Of a DNA stretch of 64,000 nucleotides, positions 55,219 to 63,754 are shown piece by piece; the stretch's first letter is position 1; every line of letters begins with the position of its first letter. The notes under the pieces were generated by a model. The model was given only the letters and a program-made list of their open reading frames with translations. It was not told where the DNA came from and searched no databases. The stretch covers positions 726,929 through 790,928 of the forward strand of contig CAWAIT010000005.1 in assembly GCA_963782235.1 (NCBI GenBank), read 5' to 3'. Source of the DNA: an uncultured Acidobacteriaceae bacterium (GTDB lineage: Bacteria; Acidobacteriota; Terriglobia; Terriglobales; Acidobacteriaceae). The position numbers were made by a program, and so were the translations under genes.

Positions 55219-56013
55219 GTGTATAGTGTTGGGCACTCTGGAGCGTTGGATTACAAACTCCGGACGCTGTGTTTCGCAATTGTGCGACACCGAAAGCGAG
55301 GCGACATCTTGAAACTAGCCGACGGCATTCACTATGTGCGTCAGACCTTTGGCGGCCACGTGCACGCCTTCCTGCTGGATGACGGCAATGGGCTCACCCT
55401 TATTGACGCCCTCTACGACACTGACGCGCACCGCATTCTCGATGAGATTCAGGCGATGGGCCGGCAGCCCTCTGATCTCAAAAACATCATTGCCACTCAC
55501 GCTCACCGTTCCCACATTGGCGGCATGGCGGTTCTGAAAGAGCTGACCAACGCCCGCGTCTATGCCCACGAATGGGAGATCGGTATTGTCGAGGGCCAGC
55601 GCAAGTCGACCAGAGTATCGATATGGCCCAAGCCTCCACTGAAGGCCTACTACACGCAATTCGGACTAGCTCTCGGCGTCGACGGCCATAAGCCCTGCCT
55701 GGTCGACCAAGCTTTGAAAGAAGCCGACCACGTGGGGCCACTGACGATTGTGGCCACTCCGGGGCACACACCGGGTTGTCTGTCGTTCTATTGGCCCGCG
55801 AAGAAGGCGCTGTTCGTCGGCGACGTGATCGTGACCTGGCCGCGGGTAGAAGCCGGCTGGATGGGCCTGACAATGGACATGAAGGAGAACGTGAAATCGG
55901 TCGGCAAGCTTTCGGATTTCGGCGACATCGACATCGTGGGCGTCGGCCACGGAGAACCCATCCCCGAGGGCGGCATCGAAGTGCTGAAGAGGCTCAGGGA
56001 GCAGAAGGTGTAG
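55219..56013 (+). CDS. MBL-fold metallo-hydrolase (start uncertain, possibly TTG near 55309)
   Basis: LIDALYDTD, IIATHAHRSHIGG (HxHxxH variant), ATPGHTPG, VGHGEP. Confidence 0.75.
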   Translation: MYSVGHSGALDYKLRTLCFAIVRHRKRGDILKLADGIHYVRQTFGGHVHAFLLDDGNGLTLIDALYDTDAHRILDEIQAMGRQPSDLKNIIATHAHRSHIGGMAVLKELTNARVYAHEWEIGIVEGQRKSTRVSIWPKPPLKAYYTQFGLALGVDGHKPCLVDQALKEADHVGPLTIVATPGHTPGCLSFYWPAKKALFVGDVIVTWPRVEAGWMGLTMDMKENVKSVGKLSDFGDIDIVGVGHGEPIPEGGIEVLKRLREQKV

Positions 56014-56058
56014 TCCGAAGTTGAGAACTCGATTGCGGAGGTTAAAACACGCCCTCGG

Positions 56059-56841
56059 TCATGGCAGGCGAGTGGCTTTAGATTTGCGGCGGCCCTCCGT
56101 TGGCGTGGCCTTTCGCAGTGGATCGGCCGGCTCGTAGTCCATCTCGGCCGCCAGGATTTTCACCAGCTTGGCCAGCACCTTGGTTCGTGCCCAATTCTTG
56201 TCATTGCCTTCCACGAGGGTCCATGGGGCGGTGGTCGTGCTGGTTTTGACTAGCATCTGCTCGACCGCTTCTTCGTAAGCCGCCCACTTCTCGCGATTGC
56301 GCCAGTCTTCCTCGGTCAGCTTCCACGCCTTGTAGCCGATGGCTTTGCGCTCCTCGAAGCGGCGAAGCTGTTCCTCGCGCGAGATCTGGATCCAGAACTT
56401 CGCCAGGATGACTCCAAATTCCCGCAGTTGCCGTTCGAAGGAATTGATCTCCTTGTAGGCGCGCTTCCATTCCGCTTCGCTGGCGAATTCCTCCACTCGC
56501 TCCACCAGAACGCGGCCGTACCAGGAGCGATCGAAGATGGCGATCTGTCCCCGCTCCGGCAGCCGTCTCCAGAAGCGATACAGATAATGCCGGGTGCGGT
56601 CCTCGCCGTGGGGCGCGCTGATGGGGTAAACCACGTAGCCGCGCGGGTCCAGCTTCTCGGTGATACGCTTAATCGCGCCACCCTTGCCCGCGGCGTCCCA
56701 GCCTTCAAAAACAATAATGACCGGCCGCTTCCGCAGGTATACCTGATATCCCAGTTCCCGGAGTTGAATCTGCCGGCGCGTCACTTCGCGCACATAAGCC
56801 TGGCGATCCAGCGTGCGAGAAAGGTCCAGCGTCTCCAGCAT
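56059..56841 (-). CDS. polyphosphate kinase 2 (PPK2) domain protein, downstream member of a pair
   Basis: Walker A VFEGWDAAGKGGAI, YLYRFWRRLPERGQIAIFDRSWY. The ATG overlaps the upstream gene stop (TGATG). Confidence 0.88.
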   Translation of the reverse strand: MLETLDLSRTLDRQAYVREVTRRQIQLRELGYQVYLRKRPVIIVFEGWDAAGKGGAIKRITEKLDPRGYVVYPISAPHGEDRTRHYLYRFWRRLPERGQIAIFDRSWYGRVLVERVEEFASEAEWKRAYKEINSFERQLREFGVILAKFWIQISREEQLRRFEERKAIGYKAWKLTEEDWRNREKWAAYEEAVEQMLVKTSTTTAPWTLVEGNDKNWARTKVLAKLVKILAAEMDYEPADPLRKATPTEGRRKSKATRLP

Positions 56842-57680
56842 CAGAGGCCCCCTCCGGTCAGAGATTCCATGGCCGCACGCAATTCGGCATCCTTGGATGA
56901 ATCGGCGGAGACTTCGCCGGCCGGCGGCGCTTTGGGGCCCAGCTTCTTTTCGAGTGCGCTGATGATGGTTTCAAGCACGCTTTTGCGGGTATAGAACTTA
57001 GAGGTAGCTTCCACGATGGTCCAGGGCGCGAATTCGGACTCCGTCAACTCCAGCATCTCCTCGATGGCAGCCAGATACTGGCCGTACTTCTTGTGACGCA
57101 GCCAATCCGCCTTGGTGACGCGCCAGGCTTCCAGAGGGTCGGCTTCGATGAGTTCGAAGCGTCTCCTCTGCTCTTTCTTGCTGATGTGCAGAAAGAACTT
57201 CAGGATCACGGCGCCATCATCGGCCAGCACGCGCTCAAACTCGATGATGTCGCGGAACGCCTGCCTCCACGCCCTCTGCGGAATCACCCCTTCGACGCGC
57301 TCCTCTAGCACGCGTCCATACCAGCTGTGATCGAAAATGACCATCTCGCCGCGGTTGGGCACCTTCAACCAGAACCGCCACAACCACGGACGCTGTTGCT
57401 CGTAGGTTCGCGGAGCGGTGATGGGATAGAGCTTGAAGCCGCGGGGATCCAACCGCTGCGTCAGCGCCGCTATCGTCGATCCCTTGCCCGCCGCGTCCCA
57501 GCCTTCGAAAACAATAATCGTGGGCACACCGTTGTCCCAGCAGGCCTTCTCCAAGTCGTACAGACGCAACTGCAGGCCGGGAACAACGCGTTTATACTCC
57601 TCCCGCGAGAGCTTCTTCTTTAGGTTGATGTTTTCCAGCATAGGTGAAGTGGTGAAGTTCAATTCTACCCACCACGGCAA
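56841..57680 (-). CDS. polyphosphate kinase 2 (PPK2) domain protein, upstream member of a pair
   Basis: VFEGWDAAGKGSTI, WLWRFWLKVPNRGEMVIFDHSWY. Likely start MLENINL at about 57641. Confidence 0.88.
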   Translation of the reverse strand: MPWWVELNFTTSPMLENINLKKKLSREEYKRVVPGLQLRLYDLEKACWDNGVPTIIVFEGWDAAGKGSTIAALTQRLDPRGFKLYPITAPRTYEQQRPWLWRFWLKVPNRGEMVIFDHSWYGRVLEERVEGVIPQRAWRQAFRDIIEFERVLADDGAVILKFFLHISKKEQRRRFELIEADPLEAWRVTKADWLRHKKYGQYLAAIEEMLELTESEFAPWTIVEATSKFYTRKSVLETIISALEKKLGPKAPPAGEVSADSSKDAELRAAMESLTGGGL

Positions 57681-57798
57681 AATCCATTCGATCCGAGCAG
57701 CGGAAGCGGTGCCGCCTCTAAAACGAAACGCCCATCATGGAAGGCCGAAAGGCTGTTCAGCCCAATTTACATCTGGAAGCTGCCTCATAGATCGCTTT

Positions 57799-57942
57799 GT
57801 ATCAGGGCACGGCTTCAGCCGGGCCGCAGCGGACAAATAGTATTTTGGGCTTCAGCCCCTGCTCGCCCCACCCTTTGCAGGGGCTGAAGCCCAGACGTCT
57901 TTTACGCTTCGTTCGGCACGCTTGGAAGGCGTGCCCTGATAC
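57799..57942. repeat. ~145-bp nested-palindrome element built from REP family 2 modules
   Basis: Outer arms GTATCAGGGCAC / GTGCCCTGATAC. Inner arms GGGCTTCAGCCCCTG / CAGGGGCTGAAGCCC. Extra hairpin GGCACGC-ttggaag-GCGTGCC. Confidence 0.7.
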
Positions 57943-58008
57943 AAGGCAATTTGCGGAAAAGGCAAGAGAATTTCGCGGGCGTGCCACCGGCTTGGTATTG
58001 TTACCTGC

Positions 58009-59082
58009 ATGGCGAACCCTGAACATCTCGCAATTCTGAAAAACGGGGTCAAGCAGTGGAATGAGTGGAGGGAAGAAAATCCTAGGGTAAAGCCGGACCT
58101 CAGCGAGGCGAACTTCACAAAGGCGAGCCTTCGCGGGGCGAACCTCACAAAGGCGAGCCTCCGCGGGGCGAACCTCAGCGGGGCGGAGCTTCGCGGGGCG
58201 AACCTCAGCGGGACGGACCTCAGCGGGGTGAACCTCGACGAAGCGTACCTGAGCCTGACGAACATGAGTTTGGCGAACCTCTTCGGGGCGAACCTGAGCG
58301 GGGCGAGCCTCAACGGGGCGAACCTCAGCGGGACGGGCCTCGGCGGGGCGAACCTCAATCGCGCTCACCTCCTTGGGGCGTACCTCCGCGAGGTGTACCT
58401 CGGCGGGGCGGACGTCAGTGGAGCAGCGTTAAACGCTACCGTCTTTGTCAATACGGATTTGAGTGAAACCAAAGGACTGGAACTCTGCATGCATCATGGT
58501 CCCTCCAGCATAGGCATAGACACTTTCTATCGATCCCAGGGCAAAATTCCCGAAAGCTTTCTGCGCGGTTGTGGCGTGCCCGAAGTATTCATCGCCTATG
58601 CGCGATCGCTGGTCGGCCAGCCGATCGAGTTCTATTCCTGCTTCATCAGCTACTCCAGCCACGATCAGGTTTTCGCGGAGCGCCTTTATGCCGACATGCG
58701 CGCCAAGGACTTGCGCTGCTGGTTCGCACCGGAAGATCTCAAGATCGGCGACCGTTTTCATGAGCGCATTGAAGAATCCATTCGGGTGTTCGATAAGGTG
58801 ATGATCGTTTTATCGGAAGCTTCGGTGCAGAGCCGCTGGGTGGAGCGCGAAGTGAACGCAGCGCGTGAGCGCGAGGACCGCGAGAACCGCACGATACTTT
58901 TTCCCATACGTATTGACGATGCGGTCATGCACGCACCCCAGCCCTGGGCGGCGGAGATCCGCCGGACGCGGCATATTGGGGATTTCACAGACTGGAAAAA
59001 CCACAACTCGTATCAGAACGCCTTCGGGCGGCTGCTGCGCGACCTGAAAGCAACGGAACGCGCAGCAGAACAACCAGGGTAG
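58009..59082 (+). CDS. pentapeptide-repeat protein fused to a C-terminal TIR domain
   Basis: About 25 A(D/N)LxX pentapeptides ([23 protein letters not shown]...), a linker, then [37 protein letters not shown]...[15 protein letters not shown] (TIR). Confidence 0.85.
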   Translation: MANPEHLAILKNGVKQWNEWREENPRVKPDLSEANFTKASLRGANLTKASLRGANLSGAELRGANLSGTDLSGVNLDEAYLSLTNMSLANLFGANLSGASLNGANLSGTGLGGANLNRAHLLGAYLREVYLGGADVSGAALNATVFVNTDLSETKGLELCMHHGPSSIGIDTFYRSQGKIPESFLRGCGVPEVFIAYARSLVGQPIEFYSCFISYSSHDQVFAERLYADMRAKDLRCWFAPEDLKIGDRFHERIEESIRVFDKVMIVLSEASVQSRWVEREVNAAREREDRENRTILFPIRIDDAVMHAPQPWAAEIRRTRHIGDFTDWKNHNSYQNAFGRLLRDLKATERAAEQPG

Positions 59083-59149
59083 CGACGCAGAGACGCAGAA
59101 GGAAGTCTCGCTTAATCTCTACTCACCACTAATTCGAAGGCGCATTGAG

Positions 59150-59776
59150 TCATACTGAACTGCCCACGGACTTCACTAGACTACGCCGAGAGTCTGGTAC
59201 AGCCGCGAAAATCGGACGGACCATGGCCTCGATGGTGTCGGCAATGCTGTCGATACTCACTCGATCCGGCGTGCGCACCCATTCCTTCGCTGCTCCATAG
59301 ATGGCCCACGCCACCGTAGACGCTACCAGTTCCTGCGAGCGCGAAATCTCCCTTGCGGGCGAATGAGATCTCTGTCCATCCAGGATCATGTTGCGCACCA
59401 CCCCAACGATGGCCGTCTCCAAAGGCTGTCCTCCCTCGCGCTGCGAGGCAAAGCTTGCGCCCGGCATCTCCGACAGGTAGCTGCAAACTCCGATAGCGAT
59501 CTTCCTTACTGCGCCCTCACAGCCATCGAAATGGAGGTTGCGCTTCTCCAGCAGTTCGCGAAAGCGGCTGGCCACCAGGCATTCCAGCAAGGCAAACTTG
59601 TCGGGGTAATGGTCGTAAAACGTTGCCCGGTTTAGAGTTGCTTTCTCCGCGATCTCCTGCACCGAGATCTTCTCGAAGTCCTTTTCGGCCAACAGCTCCG
59701 CCAGGGCGTTTTGCAGCAGCCGGCGGGTCCGCTGGATCCGCGGGTCCAGTTCGAGCGTGTCTGGGGTGGAAGACAT
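59150..59776 (-). CDS. TetR/AcrR-family transcriptional regulator
   Basis: HTH FEKISVQEIAEKATLNRATFYDHYPDKFALLE. Start taken at MSSTPDT. Confidence 0.85.
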   Translation of the reverse strand: MSSTPDTLELDPRIQRTRRLLQNALAELLAEKDFEKISVQEIAEKATLNRATFYDHYPDKFALLECLVASRFRELLEKRNLHFDGCEGAVRKIAIGVCSYLSEMPGASFASQREGGQPLETAIVGVVRNMILDGQRSHSPAREISRSQELVASTVAWAIYGAAKEWVRTPDRVSIDSIADTIEAMVRPIFAAVPDSRRSLVKSVGSSV

Positions 59777-59796
59777 AGGCCTTTCCAAGAAGAATA

Positions 59797-59842
59797 CAGA
59801 AATTTCTGCATCCACGACAGGTGTTGTTTATCTAAGACAACA
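59797..59842. promoter_or_regulatory. two palindromes in the divergent TetR / membrane-protein spacer (candidate operators)
   Basis: CAGAAATTTCTG (59797..59808) and TGTTGTttatctaagACAACA (59822..59842). Confidence 0.35.
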
Positions 59843-59943
59843 GATGTCGCTTTGCCATCACTTGTTGGATGATGCTCGGTTCTGTTTGGTCACCTATACG
59901 GGCCCTCCAATTCGCCTGGCATTACGCACTTAAGGAGAAGCCA

Positions 59944-60372
59944 ATGAAAACCATCGCTACCATCGCTCGCCTTCTGCTCGGTCTCGTGTTCACGGTATTC
60001 GGTCTGAACGGGTTTTTGCATTTCATCCCCGCGCCGCCGCCACCGCCGCTTGCAGGTCAGTTCTTTGGAGCCCTCGTGCAATCCCACTACATGACAGTGG
60101 TGTTTGCGCTGCAAGTTCTCTGCGGACTTTTGCTGCTGGCCAACAGCTATGTGCCGCTGGCCCTGACGATACTGGGCCCCATCCTTTTCAACATCCTCCT
60201 GTTCCACATCTTCATGGCGCCCAGCGGATTGCCGCTCGCTTCCGTCGTGACCCTGCTGTGGGCGGTGCTCGCCTACCGCGCACGTTCGATCTTCGCAGTG
60301 TTGTTCACGCCGTCTCTTGAAAAGCCGGCGCCGAAAAACGAAAGCAGACGTGAAGTGCGCGCGGCCGCGTGA
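59944..60372 (+). CDS. small 4-TM membrane protein (DoxX-like)
   Basis: MKTIATIARLLLGLVFTVFGLNGFLHFIP start and four hydrophobic spans. Divergent from a TetR gene, as is common for DoxX-type genes. The family call is tentative. Confidence 0.5.
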   Translation: MKTIATIARLLLGLVFTVFGLNGFLHFIPAPPPPPLAGQFFGALVQSHYMTVVFALQVLCGLLLLANSYVPLALTILGPILFNILLFHIFMAPSGLPLASVVTLLWAVLAYRARSIFAVLFTPSLEKPAPKNESRREVRAAA

Positions 60373-60516
60373 GGGCTCTCTCTGCGGGAACAACGGATGT
60401 TCAGGCTAGTTGGGAAAGCGCCCATCAGGAATGATGGGCGCGTGTCTCCAGGGCGCGCAAGGCCCATTCGTCTTCCACACATCCGAAAACCGCGAATGCG
60501 GCCTGGTACCTTTGGC

Positions 60517-60545
60517 TTGACATGCGTAATGTAACGCGTTACGGT
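60517..60545 (+). promoter_or_regulatory. candidate sigma-70 promoter with overlapping palindromic operator for higBA
   Basis: TTGACA, 17 nt, TACGGT. The perfect palindrome GTAACGCGTTAC (60531..60542) overlaps the -10, 6-10 nt before the higB start. Confidence 0.45.
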
Positions 60546-60550
60546 GCGGG

Positions 60551-60829
60551 ATGATCCTGTTGATCCGCCATAAGGGGCTGAGGCGCCTTTATGAGAACAA
60601 CGATCCGCGCGGAGTAAACCGGGACCACGTCATTAAGCTGCGAGACATTCTTGCCCGCCTCGACGCGGCCCGCACCATAAGCGATATGAACGTGCCGGGT
60701 TTTGGATTGCATTCGCTCAAAGGCGACCTGAAAGGCTTTTGGGCGGTTACGGTACGGGCAAACTGGCGCGTGATTTTCCGGTTTGCCGAACATGACGCAT
60801 TCGACATTGACTATGTGGACTACCACTGA
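60551..60829 (+). CDS. higB: HigB-family (RelE-fold, plasmid maintenance killer-type) toxin
   Basis: 92 aa. [18 protein letters not shown]...[26 protein letters not shown]...DYVDYH. Confidence 0.88.
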   Translation: MILLIRHKGLRRLYENNDPRGVNRDHVIKLRDILARLDAARTISDMNVPGFGLHSLKGDLKGFWAVTVRANWRVIFRFAEHDAFDIDYVDYH

Positions 60830-60843
60830 AGGAGCGCCAAGCC

Positions 60844-61125
60844 ATGCCGATGAAAGATCCACCCCATCCTGGTGGCTTTGTCTTGCGCCAGTGCATTGAA
60901 CCTTTGGGGCTGAGCATTACCGACGCAGCCGCGGCGCTTGGCGTCACGCGGACTACGCTTTCGGAGCTGGTAAACGAGAAGCGTGGTATCTCCCCCGAAA
61001 TGGCCGTCAGGCTCTCCAAGGTTTTTGGCGGCAGTGCCGAAAGCTGGCTTCTGCAACAGGCGCAGTACGACCTCGCGCATGTTAAGGCCGACAAGCTGAA
61101 GCTTAAGCGGCTGGAATTCGCCTAG
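60844..61125 (+). CDS. higA: HigA-family antitoxin (XRE-type HTH)
   Basis: [57 protein letters not shown]. 14 nt after higB. Confidence 0.88.
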   Translation: MPMKDPPHPGGFVLRQCIEPLGLSITDAAAALGVTRTTLSELVNEKRGISPEMAVRLSKVFGGSAESWLLQQAQYDLAHVKADKLKLKRLEFA

Positions 61126-61190
61126 ACGCTGGGCCTGCCACACATATGAAAAACATAAATGCCTGGGACGCGAGGCCACCAATTGCGGAG

Positions 61191-62369
61191 CTACACTCCG
61201 CTCAACCGCTCCCGCATCTCCAGCGTCTCCACGTAGAACTTCGTCAGCTCGCGCTTATACGCCTGGAGCGTATGGGCGGTCTCGGCCTGGCGCTGGGCGG
61301 CGGAGGCAAGTTGGTCGCGCAGCTCCTCCGATTGCAGAAGTCTGCGTAGCGCCTCGGCAAGAGCTGGCGGATTTTGCGCAGGAACCAGTAGTCCGGTAAC
61401 GCCGTCTTCAAGGATCTCAGGCACTCCTCCGGCGTTGGTTGACGCGATGGGTAGCCCTGCGGCCATCGCTTCCAGAATCACGTTCGGCGACCCTTCCGAG
61501 AGTGACGGCAGGGCGAAGATGGTTGCCAGAGCGTAGTAAGGCGCAACGTCCTTTGCAAATCCCGCCATGATGATTCGGTCTTCAATCCCCAGGCTCGCCG
61601 CCTGGCGGCGCAAGCTCTCCTCTTCCGGCCCGTCGCCGACCAAAAGGAAACGATGTCTGGGGAGACCGGGCATGTCCTTCAGCAGCGCGATCGCGCTCAG
61701 CAGGTCGGCATGCCCTTTTTCCAGCGACATGCGGCCGACGGTGACGATAACCAAATCGTCGCTGAGCCCCAGCCGCTGCCTTGCGGAATCAACTTCATCC
61801 TGGCTCGGAGCCAGGTAAGGTTTTACGAAGTTGTGCAAGATGTGAATCTTGTCTGCGCTCACCCCCCGCTGCTCCAGTCTCGCCGCGAAGGGCCGGCAGA
61901 CCGCTATCACGCGAAATGCTGCGCGAAGCGACCAGCGATCCAGTTGGTTGTAGGCACGGTCCTTCTGGTCTTTCAGGGTATAGCCGTGGTTCCACGCCAC
62001 CCAGGGAAACTGGCGATGCAGACCGGCAAGCCGGATCAGGAAATGCGACTTCACATTGCGCGACTCGAGGATGTCGGGCTTGAAGTCCGTCACAATGCGG
62101 CGCAACTCCGGGATGACGCTCGGGTCCCAGCGTTGGCGTTCCGGAATTTCAATCACCGGCACACCGGCCTCGGTGGCGGTTGCGGCCAGCGCGCTCTGGC
62201 TGTTGCCTCGCCGGTAGGTAACGAAGGTGATGTCGACCGCCGGGAGTCCCGGTTCAGCGTGTCTGGCTTCTCTGGCGAACTCCAGCAAGACACGCGACGG
62301 CCCTGTAACCGTAGCGCTTTCGATGAAGGTGAGAACGCGAATACGTTCAGGAATCGCCGCGCCGGTCAT
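61191..62369 (-). CDS. glycosyltransferase family 4 (GT-B, GT1 clan)
   Basis: Start taken at MTGAAIPERIRVLTF to avoid overlap with the upstream gene. LLVGDGPEE, and the EX7E region SEGSPNVILEAMAAGLPIAST. Confidence 0.85.
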   Translation of the reverse strand: MTGAAIPERIRVLTFIESATVTGPSRVLLEFAREARHAEPGLPAVDITFVTYRRGNSQSALAATATEAGVPVIEIPERQRWDPSVIPELRRIVTDFKPDILESRNVKSHFLIRLAGLHRQFPWVAWNHGYTLKDQKDRAYNQLDRWSLRAAFRVIAVCRPFAARLEQRGVSADKIHILHNFVKPYLAPSQDEVDSARQRLGLSDDLVIVTVGRMSLEKGHADLLSAIALLKDMPGLPRHRFLLVGDGPEEESLRRQAASLGIEDRIIMAGFAKDVAPYYALATIFALPSLSEGSPNVILEAMAAGLPIASTNAGGVPEILEDGVTGLLVPAQNPPALAEALRRLLQSEELRDQLASAAQRQAETAHTLQAYKRELTKFYVETLEMRERLSGV

Positions 62370-62398
62370 TGGGCCCGCTGCTGGAGGAGAGCTGACAT

Positions 62399-63370
62399 TC
62401 AAACCGTAACGGGCGATGGACGTTGAGTCGAGACATGCTGCTGGCGATACCACTCCAGGGTGCGGCGCAGACCTTCGCGCAGGCTGAAGCGCGGCGCATG
62501 CCCAAGATACTTCACGGCGGCGGTGGTATCGGCCTGCGAATCGCGAACGTCTCCGGCGCGCGGCGGCCCATATTTGGCAGGAATCGACATGCCCTCAATC
62601 TCCTGTAGGATCCGCCAGACTTCATTCAGCGAATAGCGTCCGCCGTTACCCGCGTTGAACATCTTCCCCGCGACGCCGGGGGCCGTCGAGCTCCTGATCG
62701 TAAGGTCAACCACGTCTTCCACGTAAGTGAAGTCACGCGTCTGCTCACCGTCACCGAAGATGGTGGGCGAAGTATTCTCCAGCAGGCAGCGGATGAAGAT
62801 GGACAAAACGCCGGAGTAGGGGCTGGATGGGTCCTGCCTCGGGCCATAGACGTTGAAAAAGCGCAGCGACGTGGTGTCCAGGCCATAGCACTCGGCGAAG
62901 CTACTGCAGTAGTACTCGCCCAACAATTTTTGCGCCGCGTAGGGAGACTTGGGATTCGGCTGCATGGTCTCGACCTTGGGCAGCACCTCCGTGTCGCCAT
63001 AAGCCGACGACGAGGCCGCATAGACCACTTTGCGTACTTTGCCCTCTACCGACGCGCGCAGCACATTGAAGGTACCGTTGATGTTCGCCTCGTGCGAAGG
63101 TACCGGATCAGAGATAGAGCGCGGAACCGAAGGAATGGCCGCAATGTGAAACACCGTGTCGGCGCCGGCGATGATGGGAGCGATTGCTCCGTAGTCGCAG
63201 ATGTCCACAACGTGCAGCCGCACATCCGAGACTACGTCGTCCAGGTTTTCCTGGTGGCCGGTGGAGAAGTTATCGATGACCGCAACCGCGCCATCCTTCA
63301 AGGTGAGGAGTCCGCGGACCAGCCCAGAGCCGATAAAACCGCCGCCACCTGTCACCACGTATTTTTTCAT
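62399..63370 (-). CDS. NAD-dependent sugar-nucleotide epimerase/dehydratase (UDP-hexose 4-epimerase-like)
   Basis: VVTGGGGFIGSGL, the catalytic YAAQK, 323 aa. Confidence 0.85.
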   Translation of the reverse strand: MKKYVVTGGGGFIGSGLVRGLLTLKDGAVAVIDNFSTGHQENLDDVVSDVRLHVVDICDYGAIAPIIAGADTVFHIAAIPSVPRSISDPVPSHEANINGTFNVLRASVEGKVRKVVYAASSSAYGDTEVLPKVETMQPNPKSPYAAQKLLGEYYCSSFAECYGLDTTSLRFFNVYGPRQDPSSPYSGVLSIFIRCLLENTSPTIFGDGEQTRDFTYVEDVVDLTIRSSTAPGVAGKMFNAGNGGRYSLNEVWRILQEIEGMSIPAKYGPPRAGDVRDSQADTTAAVKYLGHAPRFSLREGLRRTLEWYRQQHVSTQRPSPVTV

Positions 63371-63518
63371 TTGGGCTCGCGCAGGCCAATGCCCGCTTAT
63401 GAAAATGAAAGCTACCTTCGGCCCGACTGAAGTCGTGCCCTGACGCGAAGCATTCCAAAGTCATCCATCGCTACGACTTACACCCCGCCTCAGAAACGAG
63501 ATACGGCGGTTTTGAAGA

Positions 63519-63664
63519 GGCACGGCTTCAGCCGTGCCGCAGACTCGCCTAGTTGTCGGGTTTCAGCCCCTGAGGTGATTCGCCGTAGCCGAAAAGCGAC
63601 TCCCCTCAGGGGCTCAAGCCGGGAATCTAGAGTGCTTCTGTCGGGCACGCCTAAAGGCGTGCCC
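63519..63664. repeat. cluster of REP family 2 hairpins
   Basis: GGCACGGC-ttca-GCCGTGCC, CAGCCCCTGAGG...CCTCAGGGGCT, GGGCACGCC-taaa-GGCGTGCCC. Confidence 0.7.
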
Positions 63665-63754
63665 CTTCAGAAACCGCTGGGCCTCAGAATTCCAATTCCG
63701 ATCCGTGTTCATCCGTGCAAATTCGTGGCTCAATTTCCGTCGTCCTAACGCGGC

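Noticed and set aside
57802-58368. Two long minus-strand ORFs (188 and 168 aa) rich in repeated AEVRP / LRFAP units
   Set aside because: They are the antisense reading of the pentapeptide-repeat DNA (periodic GGGGCGAACCTCAGC-like units), which stays open in several frames. The plus-strand ORF has a coherent pentapeptide + TIR architecture.
61653-62426. 257-aa plus-strand ORF
   Set aside because: It is antisense to the GT4 glycosyltransferase, which has the EX7E motif, and it has no independent support.
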